A DNA stretch of 64,000 nt from Candidatus Altimarinota bacterium (lineage in GTDB: Bacteria > Patescibacteriota > Gracilibacteria > UBA1369 > GCA-2718715), in the NCBI GenBank assembly GCA_041242255.1, contig JBESAV010000001.1:755631-819630 (forward strand), in the 5' to 3' direction. A program made the position numbers and the translations under genes. The notes below the pieces were generated by a model. It had not been told where the DNA came from and did not search any database. It was given only the letters and a program-made list of their open reading frames with translations. Shown one piece after another: positions 28,653 through 37,945 of this stretch (positions within the stretch are counted from its first letter, which is position 1; the number at the start of each line of letters is the position of its first letter).

Positions 28653-29691
28653 AAAACTTCCAGAAATTTCAAATCTTCTAAATCATATAACCCTAGTTAC
28701 AGCTTTAACTGGGGTTTATATCCAATTACAGTTTCCAAGCTTTTTTCTAGGAAAAAGCTCACTTTTTGCTCAAACTATTTTACCAGTTTGGTCAGCTCTA
28801 GTTCTTATAAATAGTCTGCTTATTTTTAGTACCTCCAAATCTAAAGACTTAAAAATTATCCCAAAGAACAAAATCCAACAATCCCTTTTACTTTTTGCCA
28901 CACTCACGACTCTATTTTCATTTATCAGTTATTCTCAAAACATACTTTGGTATTTCTCTGGAGCACTCCTGATTTTAAATTTACAACAATCTAAAATTAA
29001 AAAACTTCAAAAAACTTTCTTCTTTTCAACACTTGCAATAGCTCTTATCGCAATCACCCAATTCTTTCTCCAAACTGACCTAAACTTACATTTCCTAGGA
29101 GAACCAATAATTAGCTCGTCCACAAAAGGAATATCAAAACTATCGAACGGAATAGTAAGATCTTATGGACTATCCCAGCACCCAAACATTTTAGGAGCTA
29201 TATTAACACTTTCAACCTACTTATCACCTTACCCAAGTAAATACCTATCCACCCAATTCCTAGGACTATTCACTACTTTTTCACTGTCCAATTGGATAGC
29301 AACAGGAGAAAAGTTCATTCAGAAAAAAACACACATCATACCAATTTCAATTTTACTTCTAATCATAATGATAATCTTAAAGTCACCAGAATTTCTAATC
29401 GAAAGACTTCAACAGATCACCAACATAATATACAACCCATTTCAAAACAAACCTTGGCAAAACCAACCTATACACAATACCTTCCTTCTAAGCTTACTCA
29501 AATTCGGACCAATCCATACTGTTAGTCTTCTATTTTTGTTATTCCAATTTAAAGACGAACAAAAAAACCTACTTATAGCTTTAATCATACTTATGCTAAC
29601 TGATCATTTCTTCCTAACCAGCTTTCAAGCATATCCTATATTTTTAGTTAGTATCTATTTAGCTTCAGCACCAACAAATAAAGCCTCGTAA
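28633..29691 (+). CDS. Polytopic membrane protein, O-antigen-ligase/Wzy-like
   Basis: About 10 TM helices with a YGLSQHPNILG loop motif similar to Wzy_C proteins. 20-nt overlap with the upstream SBP gene. Confidence 0.4.
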   Translation: MLSAQIKKLPEISNLLNHITLVTALTGVYIQLQFPSFFLGKSSLFAQTILPVWSALVLINSLLIFSTSKSKDLKIIPKNKIQQSLLLFATLTTLFSFISYSQNILWYFSGALLILNLQQSKIKKLQKTFFFSTLAIALIAITQFFLQTDLNLHFLGEPIISSSTKGISKLSNGIVRSYGLSQHPNILGAILTLSTYLSPYPSKYLSTQFLGLFTTFSLSNWIATGEKFIQKKTHIIPISILLLIIMIILKSPEFLIERLQQITNIIYNPFQNKPWQNQPIHNTFLLSLLKFGPIHTVSLLFLLFQFKDEQKNLLIALIILMLTDHFFLTSFQAYPIFLVSIYLASAPTNKAS

Positions 29692-30578
29692 CCTCTCCAC
29701 ATCTCATCAGCAGACATCACTTGTTTACCTTCAACTTGTATTTTACTTATACCCAAAACTCCATTTGAAGTCCCAACCACTATTTTTCCGTCCTTCATAA
29801 CAAAGCTACCACTTTCTACTACTTCATTAGATACTTCACATTCATGAACAATAAATCTCTTACCATCCATAAAGAAATATATTTTAGGCCAAAAATAGTA
29901 AGCTCGATACTTATTCCATATCTCTACAGCTGACTCCTTCATAAAATCAACCTCAGCATCAGACTTATTAATTTTTCCACAATAAGTTGCTTTATCGTGA
30001 TCCTGCTCCATTGGAGTTGTTCCATTTTCATACACATCTCTTAATGTATCAATTAATGCTTCAGCACCAAGCTTAGCTAACTTTTCGTACAATAGAGGAG
30101 CCACATCTTCTTTCTCTATCTTATACTCAACAATCTTATAAATGGCACCAGCATCCATAGCTTTAACCATACGCATAATTGTAACACCAGTTTTTTCTAC
30201 ACCATCAAGCAAAGCTGATTGAATAGGGGAGGCACCTCTATACTTTGGAAGAATAGATCCATGAACATTAATACAATCTATCTTAGGTGCATCCAATACG
30301 TATTCCTTCAGCAAAACTCCATAATCAGCCACTACCACAAAATCAGCCTCTCCCAAATCAACCTGATCAACTATCATTTTAGAAGTACTAGCTTCATATA
30401 CCTTCACTCCAAGTTCATTCGCTAAGTAGAAAACTGGTGTTCCTTTCAACTCCTTCTTTCTTCCTACTTCCTTTTTAAGCTGAGTTACGACACTCAAGAC
30501 TTCTATATCTTCAGCACTTACTAAAGCTCTCAATTGCTCACAAGCAAAGCCTCCTGATCCCATAAAAATAACTTTCAT
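29655..30578 (-). CDS. fmt: Methionyl-tRNA formyltransferase
   Basis: MKVIFMGSGGFA N-terminus; INVHGSILPKYRGASPIQ motif; 307 aa. Confidence 0.9.
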   Translation of the reverse strand: MKVIFMGSGGFACEQLRALVSAEDIEVLSVVTQLKKEVGRKKELKGTPVFYLANELGVKVYEASTSKMIVDQVDLGEADFVVVADYGVLLKEYVLDAPKIDCINVHGSILPKYRGASPIQSALLDGVEKTGVTIMRMVKAMDAGAIYKIVEYKIEKEDVAPLLYEKLAKLGAEALIDTLRDVYENGTTPMEQDHDKATYCGKINKSDAEVDFMKESAVEIWNKYRAYYFWPKIYFFMDGKRFIVHECEVSNEVVESGSFVMKDGKIVVGTSNGVLGISKIQVEGKQVMSADEMWRGYEALFVGAEAK

Positions 30579-30671
30579 CCAAATACCTTAATTTCTCATA
30601 GAATACACACAAAAGGGTTTACAAACAATCAATTTTCTATATAATCCATCACTAAACAGTTTATCAAATTT

Positions 30672-31637
30672 ATGACTTTACCTAACAAAGACCAGCTTTT
30701 CATAGAACTACTCCAACAACTAAAACAAAGCCAAAAAGTTGTAATAATATCTCACAATAGACCAGATGGAGATACAACAGGAAGCAATCTAGCTTTGAGA
30801 CTTTTACTTGAAGACATGGGTAAAGAAGTGGTTTCAGCTTGTGCTGATCCAGTTCCAGAAAATTTTCATTTCTTACCAAAAGTAGAACAATTCACCCAAG
30901 AGTTCCTCCTAGAAGATTTCGATACTGTCATTATTGTTGATGCAGGAGCTAGACACTTAGTTAGGTTTTTTGACATCTATCCAGAATTAACTAGAACTCG
31001 TAAACCTATCATTTGTATTGATCACCATTTCTCAAATAATAAATTTGGAACTCTAAACATAATCGATCCCGAAGAAACTTCTACCACAAGTCTTCTTTAT
31101 AAGTTTTTCACAGAAACCGATCAAAAGATCACACCAGATATCGCTACATGCTTACTAAATGGTATCTATACCGATACAGGAAGCTTCATGCATAGCAACA
31201 CTACACCTGAAACTATGAAAATCGCCAGTGAACTTATCAAGAAAGGTGCAAACTTCAAACATATATCAAAATACAACTTCAAAACCAAAAAAACTAAAAA
31301 CCTAAAACTAATCGGTGAAGTACTAGATAATCTATCCTTAAACTCCAACAACGTAGTAGTTGGTGCCGTAGACCAAGAAACATTCGAAAAATACGAGGCA
31401 ACCTCTGAAGATCTTGCTGGTGTAGCAGATATGATAAGTAGTGTTCCCTCGACTGACTATAGTATGTTATTAACCGAAGCTAAAGATGGAAAAGTTAAAG
31501 CCTCTCTCAGGACAAGAAAAGACGATGTTAATGTAGCCAAAATCGCCGAACAATACGGAGGAGGGGGGCATGCAAAAGCAGCTGGTTTTAAAACAGATGC
31601 AAAATTAGTCAAAAAAGTTACTTGGGAAATCGAGTAA
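30672..31637 (+). CDS. nrnA: DHH-family phosphoesterase (NrnA-like oligoribonuclease / pAp phosphatase)
   Basis: SHNRPDGDTTGS, DHH (IDHHFSN) and GGGGHAKAAG (DHHA1) motifs. Confidence 0.8.
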   Translation: MTLPNKDQLFIELLQQLKQSQKVVIISHNRPDGDTTGSNLALRLLLEDMGKEVVSACADPVPENFHFLPKVEQFTQEFLLEDFDTVIIVDAGARHLVRFFDIYPELTRTRKPIICIDHHFSNNKFGTLNIIDPEETSTTSLLYKFFTETDQKITPDIATCLLNGIYTDTGSFMHSNTTPETMKIASELIKKGANFKHISKYNFKTKKTKNLKLIGEVLDNLSLNSNNVVVGAVDQETFEKYEATSEDLAGVADMISSVPSTDYSMLLTEAKDGKVKASLRTRKDDVNVAKIAEQYGGGGHAKAAGFKTDAKLVKKVTWEIE

Positions 31638-31698
31638 CATATAATTTACAAAGACCTATACAATCTTTACTATATCCAAAAGTAAAGAGTCATTACCA

Positions 31699-32106
31699 AT
31701 GTTCAAAAAATATTTTCTACCTCTAATTGTTTTCTGCTCAATCTCATTAACAACCCTTACATTAATCATAACCAGAATGAGTCCTTGTAGAGAATATGGT
31801 AACTCTAGTATTTGTTCAGAAATTCTGCCAATCAACCATATCTTCCTCTACTTAAGTATAGCTATTTTCCTTGGAAGTTTATTTTCAATCATTACTTTCT
31901 GGCTAAGACAAAGAAGCTCACAAAGCGAAAATCTAGACCATTACTTCAACACAAGTTTAAGACAAGGAGTACTATTCTCGTTATTTAGCACAACCTGCGT
32001 ATTCTTTCTTTCACTGGGAATATTAAAATGGTGGACATCACTACTACTTCTAGTTCTTGTTATACTTACTGAATTCCTAAGTCTACAAAGAAAGCCTTTT
32101 AGCTAA
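31699..32106 (+). CDS. Hypothetical membrane protein
   Basis: 135 aa with 4 predicted TM helices. No family motif recognised. Confidence 0.4.
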   Translation: MFKKYFLPLIVFCSISLTTLTLIITRMSPCREYGNSSICSEILPINHIFLYLSIAIFLGSLFSIITFWLRQRSSQSENLDHYFNTSLRQGVLFSLFSTTCVFFLSLGILKWWTSLLLLVLVILTEFLSLQRKPFS

Positions 32107-32792
32107 ACATCGTATTCAACCTCTTCCAGTATTCGAATGTTATCAAATGGCCAAAAAACAAGCTCAGCTTTTCCTCGTATGCTTGATCTATGAACGTAGC
32201 TATTTAAATCCTCTGGAGAACAGCTCTGACTAAAGTTACTAAAACAACTTCTCGAGTCAGCACTAGAACCTCGGTTATCTCCCATTACAAAGTAAGATTC
32301 ATCCGGAACCTGATAAACAACCTCTTCCTCTATAGAAGCCCCAGGCACAACTGTATTTCCAGCATTATCAGAGTTCAAATAATCTTCATTCAACTCTATA
32401 AACTCTTCATTAAAAAGTTTATATACTTTACCGTCTACAATTTTCAAAGTATCACCTGGTTCTCCAATAATTCTCTTCACATAATATTCTTTCTCCACAG
32501 AATTACCTGGAGGCCTAAAAACAATAATATCCCCAGCTTTAGGTTTACCAAACGAATAACCAGCTACTTCTTGATAAATTAACTCATTAACAATAATTTT
32601 TTCTTCTTTAGAACTACCAGGTCTCTGACAAACTTCATCAATCACATTCAGAGTGCTACACATAGAAGGACCATTAACTCTAAATGGAGAAACAATGTAA
32701 GTCCTTATAAAAAGAGCTAACATAACAATAAAAGCCAAATTTATAACTAAATCCATAAACGAAAGGAACCAATGATGCTTACTTTTTTCCAT
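32103..32792 (-). CDS. lepB: Signal peptidase I
   Basis: N-terminal TM helix; VNGPSMCSTL (catalytic Ser), YVKRIIG (Lys box) and GDNRGSSADSR motifs. Confidence 0.85.
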   Translation of the reverse strand: MEKSKHHWFLSFMDLVINLAFIVMLALFIRTYIVSPFRVNGPSMCSTLNVIDEVCQRPGSSKEEKIIVNELIYQEVAGYSFGKPKAGDIIVFRPPGNSVEKEYYVKRIIGEPGDTLKIVDGKVYKLFNEEFIELNEDYLNSDNAGNTVVPGASIEEEVVYQVPDESYFVMGDNRGSSADSRSCFSNFSQSCSPEDLNSYVHRSSIRGKAELVFWPFDNIRILEEVEYDV

Positions 32793-32865
32793 ATAAAAAC
32801 GAAATAACTCTTTAAAAAAATCTGCTAACAGCTTAAATTAATACTTAGACAAAAACAATCACAAT

Positions 32866-33450
32866 ATGATTCGCGATAGACTATTCAGAAATTACCTAGA
32901 AGAAGGTGAGGAACTAATCCATGTTCTTCATCATCACGTAATCTCAACTTTTAAACCGATATTCTTAAACATTTTTCTATACATAGCCATCCCTGCCTTA
33001 ATATGGTATGCCATACCTCAAGCCACGATAGTTGCTATTCCCTTTATAGTTTTCGGAGTAGGGAAGACCCTATCAATACTTATCTCATGGTACTACAACG
33101 CCCTTCTCATAACTGACGTTAACCTCATTGACTTAGAGTGGCATGGGGTATTTCACAGAGAGGCAACTAGAATAGAGTACAGACAGGTAGAAAGCTTCTC
33201 TTTCGAAATTAATGGAGTCATAAATACTCTTCTTAACATAGGAAATATCGAAATCATGAAGCTTAACGGTACAGTCACAGAGATAAACGGAGTATTCAAT
33301 CCTCAAAAAAACTCTCAACTGCTAACCAAACTACAAGATGAAATCATCAATCAAAACATCCGAAACGACCATGAGGCTTTGAAAGGAATTCTTACCAATA
33401 TGATTCAAGATCACATCAAAGAAAATGGAATTACAATCTACGAAGATTAA
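32866..33450 (+). CDS. Membrane protein with bacterial PH-like (YdbT/bPH_2-like) domain
   Basis: Two TM helices followed by a segment (EATRIEYRQVESFSFEINGVINTLLNIGNIEI) resembling bPH domains. Confidence 0.35.
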   Translation: MIRDRLFRNYLEEGEELIHVLHHHVISTFKPIFLNIFLYIAIPALIWYAIPQATIVAIPFIVFGVGKTLSILISWYYNALLITDVNLIDLEWHGVFHREATRIEYRQVESFSFEINGVINTLLNIGNIEIMKLNGTVTEINGVFNPQKNSQLLTKLQDEIINQNIRNDHEALKGILTNMIQDHIKENGITIYED

Positions 33451-34475
33451 GTTCCAATTACATTAACCTCACATTCAAGTTCGATACCAAACTTATCTTG
33501 AACTCTTTTTTGAATTTCTAAAATTGCTCTTTCTAAGTCTTCACCTAAAGCCTCACCTTTACCTAAAAGGTTAACCAACACCAAAGCCTGTTTCTCGTAA
33601 ACACCAACCGTACCAAACTTCTCACCTTTTAAACCACATTGATCAATCAACCAACCAGCCGCTAACTTAAACTTATTCCCAAATTTATACACTGGCATAT
33701 CTTCATATCGTTCTGTAAGCCTATCGATCATTTCTTTTTCAACGATTGGATTCTTAAAGAAGGATCCGCAAGTTCCAATTTTTTCCCAATCTGGAAGCTT
33801 TGAAGAACGTATAGCTATAACCGCATCAGCTATTTCAGAAACACCATATTCATCTATTTCCCTAAAGGCCTCCTGCAAAGGCTTATATTCAATATTAAAC
33901 TTATGAAATCCTTTTTTTGAAAGCCTGAATTCAACAGCAGTAATCACTCCTTTACCTTTCAAATCGTTTTTAAAAATAGAATCCCTATATCCAAATTCAC
34001 ATTCAGAGTTCAACATCTTCACAACCTTCTTCTTATCAAAATCAAAGAAATCTAATCGTCTCAGTACATCTTTAACCTCAACCCCATAAGCACCAATGTT
34101 TTGTACTGGAGCTGTCCCAACATTACCAGGAATCAAAGCTAAATTTTCTAACCCTCCATAATCATTCTCCACAGTCCACATCACAAAATCATGCCAATTG
34201 GCTCCAGCTTGAACCTTCACCAAAACCTCTGATTCACTTTCAGCAATAACCTCCCAACCATCCATACATACTTTCACAACCAGCCCATCAAAATCATTAA
34301 TAAAAACCATATTACTAGCTCCCCCCATCAATAAAACTTCTCCCTTATAGTCATCCAAAAACTCAGCTAGTTCCTTCAGTTCAGCCACATCATTCACCTC
34401 AGCATATAAACTAGCTTTAGCTGGAATACCAAATGTAGTCATCTTTCCGACATCAACACCTTCAAAAAAATCCAC
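33447..34475 (-). CDS. murB: UDP-N-acetylenolpyruvoylglucosamine reductase
   Basis: FAD-binding PCMH-type N-domain (LLMGGASNMVF, GNVGTAPVQNIGAYG) and MurB C-terminal domain (GSFFKNP). Confidence 0.85.
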   Translation of the reverse strand: MDFFEGVDVGKMTTFGIPAKASLYAEVNDVAELKELAEFLDDYKGEVLLMGGASNMVFINDFDGLVVKVCMDGWEVIAESESEVLVKVQAGANWHDFVMWTVENDYGGLENLALIPGNVGTAPVQNIGAYGVEVKDVLRRLDFFDFDKKKVVKMLNSECEFGYRDSIFKNDLKGKGVITAVEFRLSKKGFHKFNIEYKPLQEAFREIDEYGVSEIADAVIAIRSSKLPDWEKIGTCGSFFKNPIVEKEMIDRLTERYEDMPVYKFGNKFKLAAGWLIDQCGLKGEKFGTVGVYEKQALVLVNLLGKGEALGEDLERAILEIQKRVQDKFGIELECEVNVIGT

Positions 34476-34567
34476 TTTTGATCATTATATAAACCAAAAC
34501 TAACAAATAAATCCATTTTCAACAACCTACTTATTTGATAAGTTATCAATAACAAATAAGAAAACCT

Positions 34568-36031
34568 ATGATCACTCTTAAAGAAGCACTTCAAAAATAT
34601 GAACCAGTCATTGGTCTTGAAATTCACGTTCAAATGAACACTAAAACTAAAATGTTCTGCCGCTGCTCCAACCAATCTTTTAACGTACGTCCAAACATCA
34701 ACATCTGTCCAATCTGTATGGGATTCCCTGGACAATTACCTAAAGTAAACCAAGAAGCAATTAAAAAGGGGATTATATCTGGACTTGCTCTAGGATCTAA
34801 AATTGAACAACATTCTCAATTTGATAGAAAACAATACTTCTACCCTGACTCACCAAACGGCTTTCAAATCACCCAACAATTCCAACCAATCGCTACAGGT
34901 GGTGAAGTAGAGATAGAACTTTCAGACGGATCTTATCGAAAGATAAAAATTCACCACATGCACATAGAAAATGATGCCGGAAAACTTACTCACATACCAG
35001 ATGGATCACTATGTGACTACAACCGTGCAGGAAGCCCCCTCATGGAGATTGTTACCGAACCAGACATGTACTCTATAGAAGAAGCCTCTCTACTTGCCCA
35101 AGAGGTACAAAAAATCATGAGATATTGTGATTCCTCCAATGTTGACATGGAAAAAGGAGAGATGAGATTCGACTTAAACGTATCACTTAAAGAGAAAGGA
35201 TCCACACAACTCGGAGTTAAAGTAGAAACAAAAAACCTAAATTCATTCCAAGCCTTAGAAAAAGCAGCAGAATTCGAAATCCGCCGCCAAGCAGAACTTC
35301 TAGAAAGCGGTCAAGAAATTGAACAACAAACCCGTGGATGGTCAGAAGAAAAAGGAAAGACACTTCTTCAAAGATCAAAAGAGGAAGCTTTAGACTACAG
35401 ATACTTCCCGGAACCAGACATTCCACCTATCAAACTTACTCAAAAAGAAATTGATTTACAAAAATCACAGCTACCAATCCTCCCGCTTGAAGTTAAAAAG
35501 ACTCTAAAGTCTGAATACAACATTGAAGCGGAAGAACTTTCTATTTTAAGCGACACAAAACCAATGTCGGATTTCTTCCTTGAAGCAATCAAAATTGGAA
35601 AAGATCCAAAAACCACAACTAGTTTCATCACAACAATCCTTATGAAACATCTAAAAGAAGATGGACTAGAAATCAATTCACCAGAAAACAAAGTTACAGC
35701 TCAAATGCTGGGAGAACTAGTCCAATTGATCCAAGATGGGACAATTTCCAACAACGTAGCCAAAACCACAGTTTTTGAAGAAATGTATAAAACAGGAAAA
35801 TCACCTCAAACAATAGTAGATGAAAAAGGTCTCAAACAAGTATCAGATACTGCTGCAATAGAAGAGTTCTGTCAAAAAGCTATCCTAGCTCTACCACAAG
35901 CAGCCGAAGACGTTAAAAATGGTCAAATGAAAGCAATTGGTGCATTAGTTGGATTTGTAATGAAAGAATCAAAAGGACAAGCTAATCCGGCTTTAGTTAA
36001 CAAAACTTTAGTCAAACTACTCCAGAACTAG
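34568..36031 (+). CDS. gatB: Asp/Glu-tRNA(Asn/Gln) amidotransferase subunit B
   Basis: YEPVIGLEIHVQMNTKTKMFC, CPICMGFPGQLP and DYNRAGSPLMEIVTEPD motifs, plus a YqeY-like tail. Confidence 0.95.
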   Translation: MITLKEALQKYEPVIGLEIHVQMNTKTKMFCRCSNQSFNVRPNINICPICMGFPGQLPKVNQEAIKKGIISGLALGSKIEQHSQFDRKQYFYPDSPNGFQITQQFQPIATGGEVEIELSDGSYRKIKIHHMHIENDAGKLTHIPDGSLCDYNRAGSPLMEIVTEPDMYSIEEASLLAQEVQKIMRYCDSSNVDMEKGEMRFDLNVSLKEKGSTQLGVKVETKNLNSFQALEKAAEFEIRRQAELLESGQEIEQQTRGWSEEKGKTLLQRSKEEALDYRYFPEPDIPPIKLTQKEIDLQKSQLPILPLEVKKTLKSEYNIEAEELSILSDTKPMSDFFLEAIKIGKDPKTTTSFITTILMKHLKEDGLEINSPENKVTAQMLGELVQLIQDGTISNNVAKTTVFEEMYKTGKSPQTIVDEKGLKQVSDTAAIEEFCQKAILALPQAAEDVKNGQMKAIGALVGFVMKESKGQANPALVNKTLVKLLQN

Positions 36032-36048
36032 TCTAGAAATACAAAAAA

Positions 36049-36057
36049 TGGTATAAT
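36049..36057 (+). promoter_or_regulatory. Extended -10 promoter element candidate
   Basis: TGGTATAAT (TGnTATAAT) lies 20 nt upstream of the ATG at 36078. There is no good -35. Confidence 0.3.
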
Positions 36058-36077
36058 TAATTAAATAATCAATAAAA

Positions 36078-36350
36078 ATGCAAGAAGCAGTACTCACAAC
36101 CAAAGACTTCATGAACATATCAATAACTGTTTCTATAATAGTTATTTCTATACTTCTAGCCATAGCAATAGTACACGCTATTCTAATCATGCATGATGTT
36201 AGAAAAGTATCCAAAATAACAGGGGACATATCTGAAGGAATCAATAGCATCTTAATTGCACCTATTGCTCTAATTGGTCAAATCTCAAGTTCAGTTGCAC
36301 CTCAAGCTGAAAAAGCTATCAAATCATGGCTTAAGAAGATGGATAAATAA
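36078..36350 (+). CDS. Small membrane protein (single TM helix, then helical tail)
   Basis: 90-aa ORF with one clear TM helix. No motif recognised. Confidence 0.35.
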   Translation: MQEAVLTTKDFMNISITVSIIVISILLAIAIVHAILIMHDVRKVSKITGDISEGINSILIAPIALIGQISSSVAPQAEKAIKSWLKKMDK

Positions 36351-37116
36351 ATTTATCTTTAAACCAATCTCTCATAAAAAGTACTGGAAATACAACCAGT
36401 GCTTTTAAAATTCTCTTCCATCTCTTCATAGGCTCTTTCAAAAGCCTAAACAACCATTCAAAACCAATCTTTCTCCTTAGAAAACCAGGCGCCCTCTCCA
36501 CTACACCAGCCTCATAGTCAAATGCCCCACCAACTCCAAATACAAACTTAACACTTTTCAGCCTACCTCTAAATCTATCCATCCAAATTTCTTGATTAGG
36601 AGCACCAAAAGCCAAAAACAATAAATCTGTATCAGCATTTACTATTTTCTGACAAATCACTTCTCCTTCATCCTCCTCTAAAGAAAACTTAGGATTAGCC
36701 ACTCCTACAATGTTTGAATTTGGATATTTGGAACGTACTGCTTCAGCTACTCCGGGCATAGCTCCGAGTAAAAATATTTTATATTTTTGCTCTTTTTTAC
36801 CATTTTCTTCCAAAACTCGCCTAAATAAATCAGAACCACAAATTCTATATAAATTTTTCTCTCCCCAAAAATATTTCAAAAAGAACCACAATCCAAATCC
36901 ATCTACTAGTCTATAATTAGCTCTCCTCAACACTGATCCAAATTCCTCATTTTTCTCCATTTCAACTATCATTTCAGGATTTGGAGTCACTACTATATTT
37001 GGTTGATCGAAATCTTCACTACATAAACCAAACATATCAACCAAAAAATTCTCCAAACTACCTTTATAAAAACTCAAGCCTCTATACAAATGCTTTTTTT
37101 CAACTATTTTATTCAT
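36331..37116 (-). CDS. WecG/TagA/CpsF-family glycosyltransferase
   Basis: GVGGAFDYEAGVVERAP and FEWLFRLLKEPMKRWKR motifs. ATG at 37116 preferred over the ORF-track start, giving an 8-nt overlap with the upstream gene. Confidence 0.75.
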   Translation of the reverse strand: MNKIVEKKHLYRGLSFYKGSLENFLVDMFGLCSEDFDQPNIVVTPNPEMIVEMEKNEEFGSVLRRANYRLVDGFGLWFFLKYFWGEKNLYRICGSDLFRRVLEENGKKEQKYKIFLLGAMPGVAEAVRSKYPNSNIVGVANPKFSLEEDEGEVICQKIVNADTDLLFLAFGAPNQEIWMDRFRGRLKSVKFVFGVGGAFDYEAGVVERAPGFLRRKIGFEWLFRLLKEPMKRWKRILKALVVFPVLFMRDWFKDKFIYPSS

Positions 37117-37879
37117 CTGCAACGCCCTTTTTACATATAAAAACCATATTCTCACAGCTCCACCAATTTTTCACCATACCCTTTTTAGTAACATAAATCT
37201 CATCAATCAACACTAAACCTGATTGTTTAATTAGCTTTCTCATTTCCCAGGGGGTAAAAGCATGATAATACCTCTCAACTCCAGAATCTCCCCAAGCCAC
37301 AAAACAATCGCCAAATTCATATTCTTTCAATCTTTTCGGATGAAAACTTTCCCAAACAAGTTTACGCCACCTTGGCTGAAACAAATTCCATACAGAAAAA
37401 GCAAAGTAACCTCCATCCTTTAAAATTCTTTCAACTTCAGCTAAAGCCTCTAATCTTTTAATTTTTCCAGGCAAATGATGAAATGCAGCAACTGAAATTG
37501 CGACGTCATAATAATCATCCTTCTCATCCAAATCACCAAATTGACCTTTCTTAAAAGCGTACTCAGTGTCTTTATCAATCACCTCTTTTTCACCTTCATC
37601 ATTTATAAACCTACGAAAAGAAAAATTCTCCTGGGCTTGTTTCAAAATACCCTTAGAAATATCTACACCCTTATATTCGATTTTTCTATCATGTAATGAT
37701 TTTAATAGCCTACCGTTACCGCATCCTATATCTAAAACCTTATCATCTTGCTGAATAAGCTCCTTATAAATTTGAAACTCATACCACGTCTTAAACCTTG
37801 ACTGACTAAACTCTTCTGCTATAGAATTATAATCTTGTTGAACCTGTTTCACTAAAGCCTCAGCCACATCCTTCTTCAT
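37109..37879 (-). CDS. Trm9/ALKBH8-type class I SAM-dependent tRNA methyltransferase
   Basis: YNSIAEEFSQSRFKTW (yeast Trm9 has YNEIAPHFSQTRYKPW), VLDIGCGNGRLL SAM motif, YDVAISVAAFHHL and ERYYHAFTPWEM (Trm9 has RYYHLY..GEL). ATG at 37879 preferred over the TTG at 37942. Confidence 0.7.
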   Translation of the reverse strand: MKKDVAEALVKQVQQDYNSIAEEFSQSRFKTWYEFQIYKELIQQDDKVLDIGCGNGRLLKSLHDRKIEYKGVDISKGILKQAQENFSFRRFINDEGEKEVIDKDTEYAFKKGQFGDLDEKDDYYDVAISVAAFHHLPGKIKRLEALAEVERILKDGGYFAFSVWNLFQPRWRKLVWESFHPKRLKEYEFGDCFVAWGDSGVERYYHAFTPWEMRKLIKQSGLVLIDEIYVTKKGMVKNWWSCENMVFICKKGVADE

Positions 37880-37945
37880 AATTTGAAAATATAGTGATAC
37901 ACTTGCAAACAAGTTACCAACTAAAGAATTAAAAGTAAACAAGCC

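Noticed and set aside
21621-37942. Long N-terminal extensions suggested by the ORF track: uvrC from TTG 21621, TagA-like from 37155, Trm9-like from TTG 37942
   Set aside because: The extensions add non-conserved residues ahead of the family N-termini and crowd or overlap the neighbouring gene. Internal ATG codons (21654, 37116, 37879) give N-termini that match the family and leave sensible spacers.
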